A stretch of DNA of 62,467 nucleotides, the filler included. It is 6 parts of 6 records of this genome, joined end to end, with 100 filler letters (N's around TTAATTAATTAA, not from the genome) between each part and the next. Parts side by side here need not be neighbours in the genome. Positions count along the whole stretch, not along the records: positions 1 to 13,054 come from SRR31156797_568; positions 13,155 to 21,513 come from SRR31156797_576; 4 more parts are not named here. One strand, given 5' to 3'. Numbering within the stretch: the stretch's first letter is position 1; each line of letters starts with the position of its first letter. A program made the position numbers and the translations under genes. A model generated the notes under the pieces. It was not told the DNA's origin. It searched no databases and was given only the letters and a program-made list of their open reading frames with translations. Shown here piece by piece: positions 7,852 to 16,606 of the stretch.

Positions 7852-10722
7852 TCAGGATTTAATAAATTTATCTATGTCCAGTTCCAACGGTATCCTGAGT
7901 CGCCGGCCTTCCTTATCCTGGTATAGAAGGTACCCGTTTTCTTCGGCAAATTTGAATAAGTCCCAGGTCAGGCGCACGTCTTCACGGCAGTATTCCATAA
8001 TAAGATCCATGCGGCCTTCCTTGTACCATTGAAGCGACTGAAGTCCGTCGGCTGTTTTTGCGCGGTTCAATGTAACCTCGCCAAGATGGCCCAGGCCGAC
8101 CCTTCTGCCTAGAACTTTGTATATTTCCGTAAGAAGGTCGAGATTGGGCAGGGCCTTGAGGTTGCGCGGCGTGTATGCGGACAGAACCTGGTAATCAAAC
8201 CTGATGTGGTTGAAACCGATGACAAGGTCTGCGTTTACAAGCCTGTCAATGAGTTTCCCGATCTCGTTTTCTTCATACACATAGTATTCGTCGTCAATGG
8301 AATCGTACACCACGCCCGCGGCCACGCCCATAAGGTGGGAGTTGTTCCATCCGCCTACTTCCGAGGCCGACCTTTTTGTTTCCAGGTCGAAAACCGCCAA
8401 TCTTCTTTTACTTGCTTCGATTTCTTCCGGTTCAGCCGGAGCCGGCAATTCCGGTTCGACGATTTCGGCCGCATTTCCCGCCGGCTGCCGACGGCCCAGC
8501 AGGACTTCCAAAACCCTGACCGCGGCCGCCTTATCAAGGGGTTTGTTGCCAGAACCGCATTTTGGAGAGTATATGCATGAAGGGCAGCCTATTTCGCAGT
8601 CGCATTCTTCAATTGTGGACAGGGTTCTGGAAAGCAATTCTTCCATAACGCCGTATCCTGTTTTAGCCAGACCTACTCCGCCCGGATATCCGTCATATAT
8701 AAACACGGCCGCTTTGCCTATTTCCGGGTGCCTGGGGTAGGATATCCCGCCGACATCGTTTCTGTCGCACATGACAAACAAGGGGAACAACCCGATTGCC
8801 GCATGTTCTATGGCGTGTATGCCGCCCATGAAATGGTGATGCTGCTCCATGGCGCCGGGGACGAAGTCGTCCATTTCAAACCATAAACCCACTGTTTCAA
8901 AGATTGTTTCGGGCAAATCAAGTGGATAATGCCCCATTAATTCCTGTCCCCGGATCAGCCTTTTTTCGTACCCGACAACTCTTTCCCGGACCCGGAGCCG
9001 GCCCAGCTTGGCCAGGAAGTTACCCACCGGCCTCACTTCCAAAATTTCAAGAATATCGGTATCCTTTTCCGTTTTAGGCCTTGTATAATAGTTGACTTCC
9101 TCATTATGGGCGTATACGTTTCTGCGTTCCAGGTCGAGCCGGTCCACAACCCATGACGCGGCCCGGTGCAGGTACACCGCCCCCTGGTGGCATTCCTTAA
9201 AAGCTCTGAGCCCGTCGATGGCGCCGATTACTTCACCGGTTTCCTCGGCAATTATGGTGAAGCTTAGACCCGCTCCCCTTAAATCAACATCCCGGTGAGG
9301 CCTGCGGCGTGCGGAATGATAGGTCTTTCCGTCCTCGTCCTGGAGGAGGACGCCTTTGCGACAAAGCTTGTTAATGAGTTCGGATCGTTCATGAGGTCTG
9401 AAATAGGGATCTTGGGAATCAAGGGGCAATTCCGCTGCAGCGCAGGACAAGTGTCCGGTCATGATATGCTCGTTGTCGGGATCCAGGACGGCCGGTTCAA
9501 ATTCGCGGGTAAAAAAGTTTTCCGGGTGGCGCATGAAATACTGATCAAGGGCGTCCGGCTGAGCCAGCATGATTATAGCCGATTCCTGGTCGGCGCGCCC
9601 GACGCGACCGCCCCTTTGCCAGGTGTTGACTATACTGCCCGGGTACCCGACCAAAAGGCAAAGTTCCAGGGCGCCGATATCAAGCCCCATTTCCAGTGCG
9701 CTTGTGGAGATGACACCCAGAAGCTCGCCCGTGTTAAGCTTGCGTTCTATCTCCCGGCGTTCCTCGGGTAGAAAGCCGGCCCGATATGAACTGAGCTTGG
9801 ATTTCAAATTCGGGGCCATTTGCATGGACCAGCGGTGCATCAATTCCGTCAGGCGGCGGGATTGAGTAAAAGCTATCGATCTTAACCTGTTTTTAACGGC
9901 GTTGGAAAAGATGCGGGCCGCGGTGACCGCCGTGCTTGAATCCGGGTTGATGAAAACAAAGTGCTTGCCGGCGGCCGGCGCCCCGGATTCGGTTACGGCG
10001 CGGCAGTCCAACCCGGTGAGCGACCGGCCCAGTTCTTCCGGGTTGCCAACCGTGGCTGATGAAAGAATAAAGGTCGGCGAGCTGCCGTAATATTCGACCA
10101 CTCTGTGAAGGCGGCGCAAGACCTGGGCGATATGGGAGCCGAATACGCCCCTGTATGTATGAACTTCGTCAATGACCACGTATCGCAGGTTGCGCCAGAG
10201 TTCGGCCCATGAATTGTGATAGGCCAACATGGACATGTGCAGCATATCCGGGTTGGTTATGAGTATGTTGGGCGGCTTTTCCCTGATTTTTTTTCTCCTG
10301 TAAGGGCTTGTGTCGCCGTCGTACACATGTGCATCTATCTTGCCGAGTCCCATCATGGAGGACATTTCGCGAACGACTTTTAGCTGGTCTTGTTCCAGGG
10401 CCTTTAGGGGAAAAATATAAAGGGCCCTGGCCTGAGGGTTTACCAGCGCGGATTCAAAAACCGGCAGATTATAGATCATGCTTTTCCCGCTGGCGGTCGG
10501 GGTGGCGGTGATAACATGCCGGCCATCGCGGGCCAGGTTGACGGCTTCGGCCTGGTGCAGATAAAGACGTTTTATGCCCATACCCTGGACAACGCCCCTG
10601 AGAGCCGGGGGCAGCGGCCTGGCCAGGTTTGCATATTGCGGCGGCCGGCCCGGAATTTGCTCATGCCAGGCGATCAGAGGTCCGAAATCCGGGGATTTTT
10701 TTAACCGGTCAATGAACTGCAC
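7852..10722 (-). CDS. DEAH-box helicase with DUF1998 (MrfA/Hrq1/SftH type) fused to a C-terminal DEDD RNase H-like exonuclease (MrfB/YprB type)
   Basis: TPTASGKS, DEVH, SAT, QRGGRVGR; DUF1998 Cys motif CDRND...CDCEIGCPSC; exonuclease motifs VFDLET, GFNHIRFD, YCREDV. Confidence 0.9.
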   Translation of the reverse strand: MQFIDRLKKSPDFGPLIAWHEQIPGRPPQYANLARPLPPALRGVVQGMGIKRLYLHQAEAVNLARDGRHVITATPTASGKSMIYNLPVFESALVNPQARALYIFPLKALEQDQLKVVREMSSMMGLGKIDAHVYDGDTSPYRRKKIREKPPNILITNPDMLHMSMLAYHNSWAELWRNLRYVVIDEVHTYRGVFGSHIAQVLRRLHRVVEYYGSSPTFILSSATVGNPEELGRSLTGLDCRAVTESGAPAAGKHFVFINPDSSTAVTAARIFSNAVKNRLRSIAFTQSRRLTELMHRWSMQMAPNLKSKLSSYRAGFLPEERREIERKLNTGELLGVISTSALEMGLDIGALELCLLVGYPGSIVNTWQRGGRVGRADQESAIIMLAQPDALDQYFMRHPENFFTREFEPAVLDPDNEHIMTGHLSCAAAELPLDSQDPYFRPHERSELINKLCRKGVLLQDEDGKTYHSARRRPHRDVDLRGAGLSFTIIAEETGEVIGAIDGLRAFKECHQGAVYLHRAASWVVDRLDLERRNVYAHNEEVNYYTRPKTEKDTDILEILEVRPVGNFLAKLGRLRVRERVVGYEKRLIRGQELMGHYPLDLPETIFETVGLWFEMDDFVPGAMEQHHHFMGGIHAIEHAAIGLFPLFVMCDRNDVGGISYPRHPEIGKAAVFIYDGYPGGVGLAKTGYGVMEELLSRTLSTIEECDCEIGCPSCIYSPKCGSGNKPLDKAAAVRVLEVLLGRRQPAGNAAEIVEPELPAPAEPEEIEASKRRLAVFDLETKRSASEVGGWNNSHLMGVAAGVVYDSIDDEYYVYEENEIGKLIDRLVNADLVIGFNHIRFDYQVLSAYTPRNLKALPNLDLLTEIYKVLGRRVGLGHLGEVTLNRAKTADGLQSLQWYKEGRMDLIMEYCREDVRLTWDLFKFAEENGYLLYQDKEGRRLRIPLELDIDKFIKS

Positions 10723-11839
10723 GGTCGCTCCCCTTGTTCTGCTTCAGGAATTCCTTGGCCGCGGCGATCCTACTCGCCGGCGAGGGATGGGAATGGAAAA
10801 GAAATTCGATAACCGGCCCGGGCTGGATTTCGCTCATGTTCATAACGGCCAGCCGCTCCATGGCGGATATAAAAGAGCCCACAAGACCTGTCAGTTGAAG
10901 GGCAAAGGCATCGGCTTGTCTTTCCAGGGCTCGGGACACTGCATTTACCACGGGCATGGTTAAAAGTCCCACAGCAGTAAAAACAAGGGCGAAAAGAGGC
11001 ATTCCGGCGATATCTTCCATTATTTCAATTCCCAGGGATGGGCCGAGCAGGTTGAAAAAGAGGTCCGCGGCGAGAAAAGCCGTAAAAGTGACTAATATCT
11101 GCAGGATAAGTAATTTAGGCAAATGGCCGAGCCGGTGATGGCCGAGTTCATGGGCCAGAACGACTTCCACTTCCGAGGCGTTGAAATCATTAAGCAGGCT
11201 GTCCGACAGGACGACGCGCCTGGTAGATCCCCACCCGACCAGGGCTGCGTTTGCTTTTACGGTTTTTTCCGACATGCCCCATTCGTATATGCCCATGACC
11301 TTGACTCCGGCGCTCCGACATATTTCATTGAGGCGCGTGGTCCGGTCATCTTCCGGAAGTTTTTCGAATTTAAAAAAGAGCGGTAGTATGACGACCGGCG
11401 TCAACTGGGCCAATACAACGAAAAAAACGGCAAAAACAGTTCCGGCGGGCAGCCACCACCAGTCCGGAGTCCATCGAATCAGCAGGTACAGGGTTTCAAC
11501 CGCGATTATTCCAAGGACCAACCCTAGAACCTGGGCTTTGAGCAGGTCCTTGACCCAGTCTGAAAATGATTGGTTTAGCAGCCCGAAGCGTTTTTCGAGA
11601 AAATATCCGGAAAGATAATTCAACGGCAGCGTCAAGATTTCGTAAAAAACTACTCCGATAACAAAATAAACCAGAATCCAGACCACGGGACCGCCGCCGG
11701 CGCTGACTGCCAGGTTGCGCAGATCGAAAGTCGGTCCGGAGGCCAGGAACGCCAGGAAAGATATACCGACAATGAATTCCGCATAACCGAGACGTCTTTT
11801 TATCCTGTTGTAGGCTTCAGCCTTTTCCGATTGTTTCAC
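10709..11839 (-). CDS. M48 family (Ste24/CAAX-like) membrane zinc metalloprotease
   Basis: Several TM helices, ANAALVG, HELGH, ERQAD, HSHP. Start placed at the GTG at 11839 after GAGGA; the ORF track extends to 11872. Confidence 0.9.
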   Translation of the reverse strand: MKQSEKAEAYNRIKRRLGYAEFIVGISFLAFLASGPTFDLRNLAVSAGGGPVVWILVYFVIGVVFYEILTLPLNYLSGYFLEKRFGLLNQSFSDWVKDLLKAQVLGLVLGIIAVETLYLLIRWTPDWWWLPAGTVFAVFFVVLAQLTPVVILPLFFKFEKLPEDDRTTRLNEICRSAGVKVMGIYEWGMSEKTVKANAALVGWGSTRRVVLSDSLLNDFNASEVEVVLAHELGHHRLGHLPKLLILQILVTFTAFLAADLFFNLLGPSLGIEIMEDIAGMPLFALVFTAVGLLTMPVVNAVSRALERQADAFALQLTGLVGSFISAMERLAVMNMSEIQPGPVIEFLFHSHPSPASRIAAAKEFLKQNKGSDRAVH

Positions 11840-12008
11840 TATTGCAGTTCCTCGATCCACCATGCATTTCAAGGATGTATATCAGAGAGAGGCGGTCCGC
11901 ACAAGGAGCATGAGCAATGTCGTCCCATCGGTTTATTTGTTTCAACCGCCATGCCTGACATGATAATATAGACCAGTTACGGCTGAAATGAAATGAGAGA
12001 GGTTAATT

Positions 12009-12806
12009 ATGCTATTTGGTGCAACAAACAATCCTCTTCGTCCGGTTACAGATGAAATAAAAATACTGGCCGGGTTAGGCTTTGACTATTTGGAAATTTG
12101 CATCGACCCGCCCATGGCTCTGCCGGAAAAAATCCGGGAAGAACGGGGCGCCATCGAATCGGTGCTGACCGATACCGGAATGAAACTGGAAGTCGCCCAC
12201 CTGCCTACTTTTGTATGGCTGGCTGACATCTATGAAGGAATCCGGGAAGCTTCCATTACCGAAGTCGAGTCCGCCCTGGCGATATGCTCGGAATTGGGGA
12301 TTAAAAAGGCCGTACTTCATCCTGGGTACTTAACCGGCCTTCTTGCTTTTATTCCGGGCGCCGGCCCCAAACTGTCCAATCAGTCCCTGGAGCGGATTCT
12401 GGAGGCCGCCGGCAACAGAAACATAGTCATTTGCCTGGAAAACATGTTTCCCAGGGCCGGACACATGTACAAACCGGATGAGTTTGTAAAAGTTATGGAA
12501 CTATATCCAGAGCTTATGATGACCTTTGATATCGGTCACGCAAACATACAAGTTCCTAGGGAGACAGGATTGGAATTCGTGGACAAGGCCGGGCCGCGCA
12601 TAAAACACGTTCATGTCAGCGACAACACCGGCAAGGAGGACGAGCACCTGCCGCTGGGCGCCGGCAGGGCAGACATTGCCGGAGGACTTGCGGCATTAAA
12701 GGAAGCCGGTTATGACGACACCTTGACGTTGGAGGTTTTTTCCCAGGACAGGAGCTATTTGTCAATGAGCCTTTCCAAGGTGAGAACAATGTGGGAAAAA
12801 TTATAA
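12009..12806 (+). CDS. Sugar phosphate isomerase/epimerase (xylose isomerase-like TIM barrel)
   Basis: LHPG, CLENM, FDIGHAN, HVHVSDN, DEHLPLG, LEVF metal-binding motifs. Confidence 0.85.
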   Translation: MLFGATNNPLRPVTDEIKILAGLGFDYLEICIDPPMALPEKIREERGAIESVLTDTGMKLEVAHLPTFVWLADIYEGIREASITEVESALAICSELGIKKAVLHPGYLTGLLAFIPGAGPKLSNQSLERILEAAGNRNIVICLENMFPRAGHMYKPDEFVKVMELYPELMMTFDIGHANIQVPRETGLEFVDKAGPRIKHVHVSDNTGKEDEHLPLGAGRADIAGGLAALKEAGYDDTLTLEVFSQDRSYLSMSLSKVRTMWEKL

Positions 12807-12807
12807 A

Positions 12808-13054
12808 ATGTCATCAGGAAAAAAGATTCAACAAAAACGCAATTCATTAAATAAATTCCTCTTATATGTGCTGGGGCACAGGCCTGACGAATTCGGTCTT
12901 TTCGCGGATGAGGAAGGGTACGTGCCTATCAAGGATTTGTTGGCCGCATTGAGTGAAGAAGAGGGCTGGCGTTCGGTCAGGGAAGGCAATATTCGAGAGC
13001 TTCTCCGGGACCCGGATCAATCCGGTCTGGAAATAAAGGAAAAAATGATCCGGG
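12808..13054 (+). CDS. RNA 2'-phosphotransferase (Tpt1/KptA)-like protein, N-terminal fragment truncated by the contig end
   Basis: LLYVLGHRPDEFGLFADEEGYVPIKDLL resembles the Tpt1 N-terminus L..LLRH.P...GL..D..G.V....LL. Confidence 0.65.
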
Positions 13055-13154
13055 NNNNNNNNNNNNNNNNNNNNNNNNNNNNNNNNNNNNNNNNNNNNTT
13101 AATTAATTAANNNNNNNNNNNNNNNNNNNNNNNNNNNNNNNNNNNNNNNNNNNN
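13055..13154. other. Artificial contig spacer
   Basis: 44 N + TTAATTAATTAA (stops in all frames) + 44 N; base composition changes abruptly across it. Confidence 0.98.
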
Positions 13155-13202
13155 GTCAAATTGAGGCGTTTTGACTTAAAAAAATAATTGGGGTGAACAT
13201 AT

Positions 13203-13646
13203 ATGCACAATAAAACAGAGAGTCAAAGTAAAGAAATTGCTAAAACTGCTATCAAAATGGCATTAAGCGATAGAAAAGAAGAAGAAAAATTAAATAGAGA
13301 ATTTGCTAAAAACGGAATAAAAACAACTGCTGTAGATATTGGTGGGAAACTCCCGGATATTATCCCTAAAATCATCGAACATACTCTTGTTGCAGCTAAA
13401 AGAAAGGGAGTAATACAAGACTGTCATGTACATGATGGAGCTGTCGCAGGTGCTATAAGAGAAGCTATAAGTCAGGTAAGTGGTAAAACCAATGGCTTAA
13501 GCGTCGGAGGTAAAGTAGGAATAGCAAGAAAAGGTGAGCACATTAGTACGGCTCTTTTCTTAAGCATAGGTTTACTTCACCTAAATGAAGTTGTTATGGC
13601 TGTAAGCCATAGATCAATTCCAATCCTAGATGGTGAAAATTTCTAA
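13203..13646 (+). CDS. hutP: HutP-family RNA-binding antiterminator protein
   Basis: 147 aa; AAKRKGVI...HVHDGAV.GA..EA, GKVGIARKGEH, GLLHLNE...HR match the HutP pattern. Confidence 0.8.
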   Translation: MHNKTESQSKEIAKTAIKMALSDRKEEEKLNREFAKNGIKTTAVDIGGKLPDIIPKIIEHTLVAAKRKGVIQDCHVHDGAVAGAIREAISQVSGKTNGLSVGGKVGIARKGEHISTALFLSIGLLHLNEVVMAVSHRSIPILDGENF

Positions 13647-13681
13647 ATATAAATATAAAGAAAAAGTGTGAGGTGTAAATA

Positions 13682-15151
13682 GTGAGTAGAGTATTAGACA
13701 ATTTAGAACCAAAGAAGGTAATGCATTATTTTGAGGAGATAAGCAATATTCCCAGAGGCTCAAAAAATGAACAGGAAATCAGTGATTATCTTGTAAAATT
13801 TGCAAAAGACAGAGAGCTGGATGTAATACAAGATGATGCACTTAATGTAATTATAAAGAAAAAAGCAACAGAAGGATACGAGCATGTACCAACTGTGATT
13901 CTACAAGGTCACATGGATATGGTATGTGAGAAAAATCAAGATACAGAACATGACTTCGTAAAAGAGGGTATTAAACTTCAAATTAAAGATGGTTTCATCA
14001 TGGGTACAGGGACAACTCTTGGTGCAGACAATGGTATTGCTGTAGCATTTGGTCTGGCTGTACTTGATTCAGACGAGATCGCTCATCCTGCTCTTGAAGT
14101 ATTAATCACAGCTGATGAAGAACAAGGAATGACAGGAGCGGCTGCTCTTGATCCTACTCACCTTAGTGGTAAAATCATGCTGAATATCGATACTGAAGAA
14201 GAGGGAGAACTGTATGTAAGTTGTGCAGGTGGAGCCAGAGGAGTAACTAAAGTGCCTGTTACAAGAGAAAAATCTGATCCGGAAAAGGCTATTTTACACC
14301 TTAAAGTAAGAAACTTAAGTGGAGGACATTCTGGAATAGATATCGATAAACAAAAAGCAAACTCTAACAAATTATTAGCCAGATTTCTAAATAAACTTTT
14401 AGATGAGATTGAGTATAAATTAGTTACTATATCTGGAGGATCGAAGGATAACGCTATCCCTAGAGAAGCTGATGCAGCTATCAAAGTAAAAAAAGAGGAT
14501 ATTGATACTGTTGAAAAATTATTAACAGAATATAACGAAATATTTAGAGGCGAGTTCTACAAAACTGATGCAGATGTAAATATCTCGTTTGAACAAGTAA
14601 TGAGAGGTGACGACGTAGATGTCATGACACTTGAATCAACTAAACAAGTTGTTAAGTCATTATTCCTTCATCCTAATGGTGTTAAGAGAATGAGTAACGC
14701 AATAGAGGGATTAGTTGAAACATCTCTAAATGTAGGAGTTGTTACAACTAATGATAAATATGTGCAATTTAACTCAGCATTAAGAAGCTCAGTAACAAGT
14801 GCAAAGGCTCATATTGTAGAGGAGCTTGCTGCTTTAGCTGATGCATTAGGAAATGAATTCGAAGACGCTGCTCATTATCCGGCATGGCAATATAGAGCTG
14901 ATTCTGAAATCAGAGATATTATGAGTGATGTATATGAAAATATGAACGGTAAAAAACCTGTTATCAAAGCAGTTCATGCGGGATTAGAGTGTGGAATATT
15001 TGATGAAAAGTTTGATAATGTTGATATGATCTCATTTGGTCCTGATATTTTTGGTGCTCATACTCCAGAAGAAAGAGTTGATATTGAATCAACTAGAAGA
15101 GTATGGGAGTATTTCGTTGAAGTACTTAAAGAGATGAAAAACAGATATTAA
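13682..15151 (+). CDS. pepD: Aminoacyl-histidine dipeptidase (M20C)
   Basis: LQGHMDMVCEK, TTLGADNGI, DEEQGMTGA, NIDTEE, GGHSG, HAGLECG, HTPEE. Confidence 0.95.
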   Translation: MSRVLDNLEPKKVMHYFEEISNIPRGSKNEQEISDYLVKFAKDRELDVIQDDALNVIIKKKATEGYEHVPTVILQGHMDMVCEKNQDTEHDFVKEGIKLQIKDGFIMGTGTTLGADNGIAVAFGLAVLDSDEIAHPALEVLITADEEQGMTGAAALDPTHLSGKIMLNIDTEEEGELYVSCAGGARGVTKVPVTREKSDPEKAILHLKVRNLSGGHSGIDIDKQKANSNKLLARFLNKLLDEIEYKLVTISGGSKDNAIPREADAAIKVKKEDIDTVEKLLTEYNEIFRGEFYKTDADVNISFEQVMRGDDVDVMTLESTKQVVKSLFLHPNGVKRMSNAIEGLVETSLNVGVVTTNDKYVQFNSALRSSVTSAKAHIVEELAALADALGNEFEDAAHYPAWQYRADSEIRDIMSDVYENMNGKKPVIKAVHAGLECGIFDEKFDNVDMISFGPDIFGAHTPEERVDIESTRRVWEYFVEVLKEMKNRY

Positions 15152-15325
15152 CTATATTGATGCTGACTGAAAAGTATTTAAAAGGTTCTGCCCGAAATTT
15201 TGCAATAGGTTTCCTTGACTTGAGGGAAACCGCTAAAAAGGGAGGGGTTGGTTTTCTTAATTTCTAGAACTCCCCTTAAAATCAAGAACACTTAAAAAAG
15301 AAAAACTAAATTTTCACTGATATAC

Positions 15326-15359
15326 AAGGAGCTGACCTTTTTTTGTCACTCCTTTTTTT
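15326..15359 (+). terminator. Intrinsic terminator downstream of pepD
   Basis: AAGGAG(C)TGAC / GTCACTCCTT stem followed by a T run. Confidence 0.7.
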
Positions 15360-15470
15360 ATTATTTCTAATTTTGAACTCGCATCTCTTTTACTCCCCTA
15401 CTTGATTTTACGACTTTATTCAGTTAGTATATTAATAGAAATTATTCTTAAGTTAATTGGAGGGAGAATT

Positions 15471-15998
15471 ATGTTAGATTTACTATATAAAAGAAGAAGC
15501 ATCAGAAAATATCAGGATAAAAAAATAGAGCAGGAAAAAATTGATAAACTAATTGAAGCAGCACTATTATCTCCATCGTCAAGAGGACGAATGCCTTGGG
15601 AATTTATATTAGTTGATGAGCCTGAATTAATTGAAAAGTTAAGTAAAGCTAAAATGCACGGTTCTGCATTTCTTAAAGATGCACCTCTTGCAATAGTTAT
15701 AATTGCAAATGAAGAGATTACTGATGTATGGGTAGAGGATACTTCGATTGCGGCAACTATTATTCAGCTACAAGCTGAGACAATGGGACTTGGATCATGC
15801 TGGGTACAGATAAGAAACAGACTTCATACAGAATTTATGAGTTCGGATGAATATATCGGGAACATATTTGAATTCCCTAAAAATATCAGAGTAGAAGCGA
15901 TCATTGGAGTCGGTTATCCTGATGAAGAAAAGGAAGCGCATACAAAAGCTGATCTGCTGTATGGTAAAGTATATAAAAATAACTATGATACTTATTAA
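15471..15998 (+). CDS. Nitroreductase family protein
   Basis: RRSIRKY, AALLSPSS, PWEF, GLGSCW, GVGYP; ATG at 15471 after GGAGGG. Confidence 0.92.
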   Translation: MLDLLYKRRSIRKYQDKKIEQEKIDKLIEAALLSPSSRGRMPWEFILVDEPELIEKLSKAKMHGSAFLKDAPLAIVIIANEEITDVWVEDTSIAATIIQLQAETMGLGSCWVQIRNRLHTEFMSSDEYIGNIFEFPKNIRVEAIIGVGYPDEEKEAHTKADLLYGKVYKNNYDTY

Positions 15999-16071
15999 TC
16001 AATCTATAAATAATTGATTTTTATAAAATTTTAATTTATTATATATAAAATATTTACATGGAGGGATTCTA

Positions 16072-16536
16072 ATGGACATAAACGAAATAACTAAAGATTT
16101 TATGCTACTTAACCAAGATGGTGAAGAGAGAAATTTGTCAGATTATAAAGGGAAATGGATAGTTTTATATTTTTACCCCAGAGATAACACACCGGGATGT
16201 ACTACAGAAGCTCTTGAGTTTACAGCACTTAAAGATGATTTTACCAATGAAGATGCTGTAATTCTGGGAATGAGCAAGGATTCTGTTAAAAAACACTGTA
16301 ACTTTGTGCAAAAACATGATTTGAAAGTAGAGCTTTTAAGTAATGAAGAGCTGGGTGTTCTTAAAGATTACGGAGTTTGGCAAATCAAAAAAATGTATGG
16401 AAAAGAGAGTTACGGTATCGTTAGAACTACTTATCTAATAAATCCTGAATTCAAAGTAGCTTTCAAATGGGATAAAGTAAGAGCAAAAGGACATGCTGAA
16501 AAAGTTCTGGAAAAACTAAGGGAATTAAAACAATAA
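16072..16536 (+). CDS. bcp: Peroxiredoxin Bcp/PrxQ
   Basis: LYFYPRDNTPGCTTEA, GIVRTTYLI, GHAEKVL. Confidence 0.92.
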   Translation: MDINEITKDFMLLNQDGEERNLSDYKGKWIVLYFYPRDNTPGCTTEALEFTALKDDFTNEDAVILGMSKDSVKKHCNFVQKHDLKVELLSNEELGVLKDYGVWQIKKMYGKESYGIVRTTYLINPEFKVAFKWDKVRAKGHAEKVLEKLRELKQ

Positions 16537-16554
16537 ATATGCAAAACTAAATCA

Positions 16555-16588
16555 CAGGGGCAATGAAAATTCATTTTCATTGCCCCTG
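16555..16588. terminator. Perfect 16-bp inverted repeat between convergent genes, probable bidirectional terminator
   Basis: CAGGGGCAATGAAAAT-TC-ATTTTCATTGCCCCTG. Confidence 0.75.
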
Positions 16589-16606
16589 CTCCTATATTAA
16601 TATTTC

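Noticed and set aside
7852..10722. DISARM or Druantia-type anti-phage system suggested by DUF1998
   Set aside because: No methylase, SNF2 or PLD partners; housekeeping neighbours and an MrfA-like architecture favour DNA repair.
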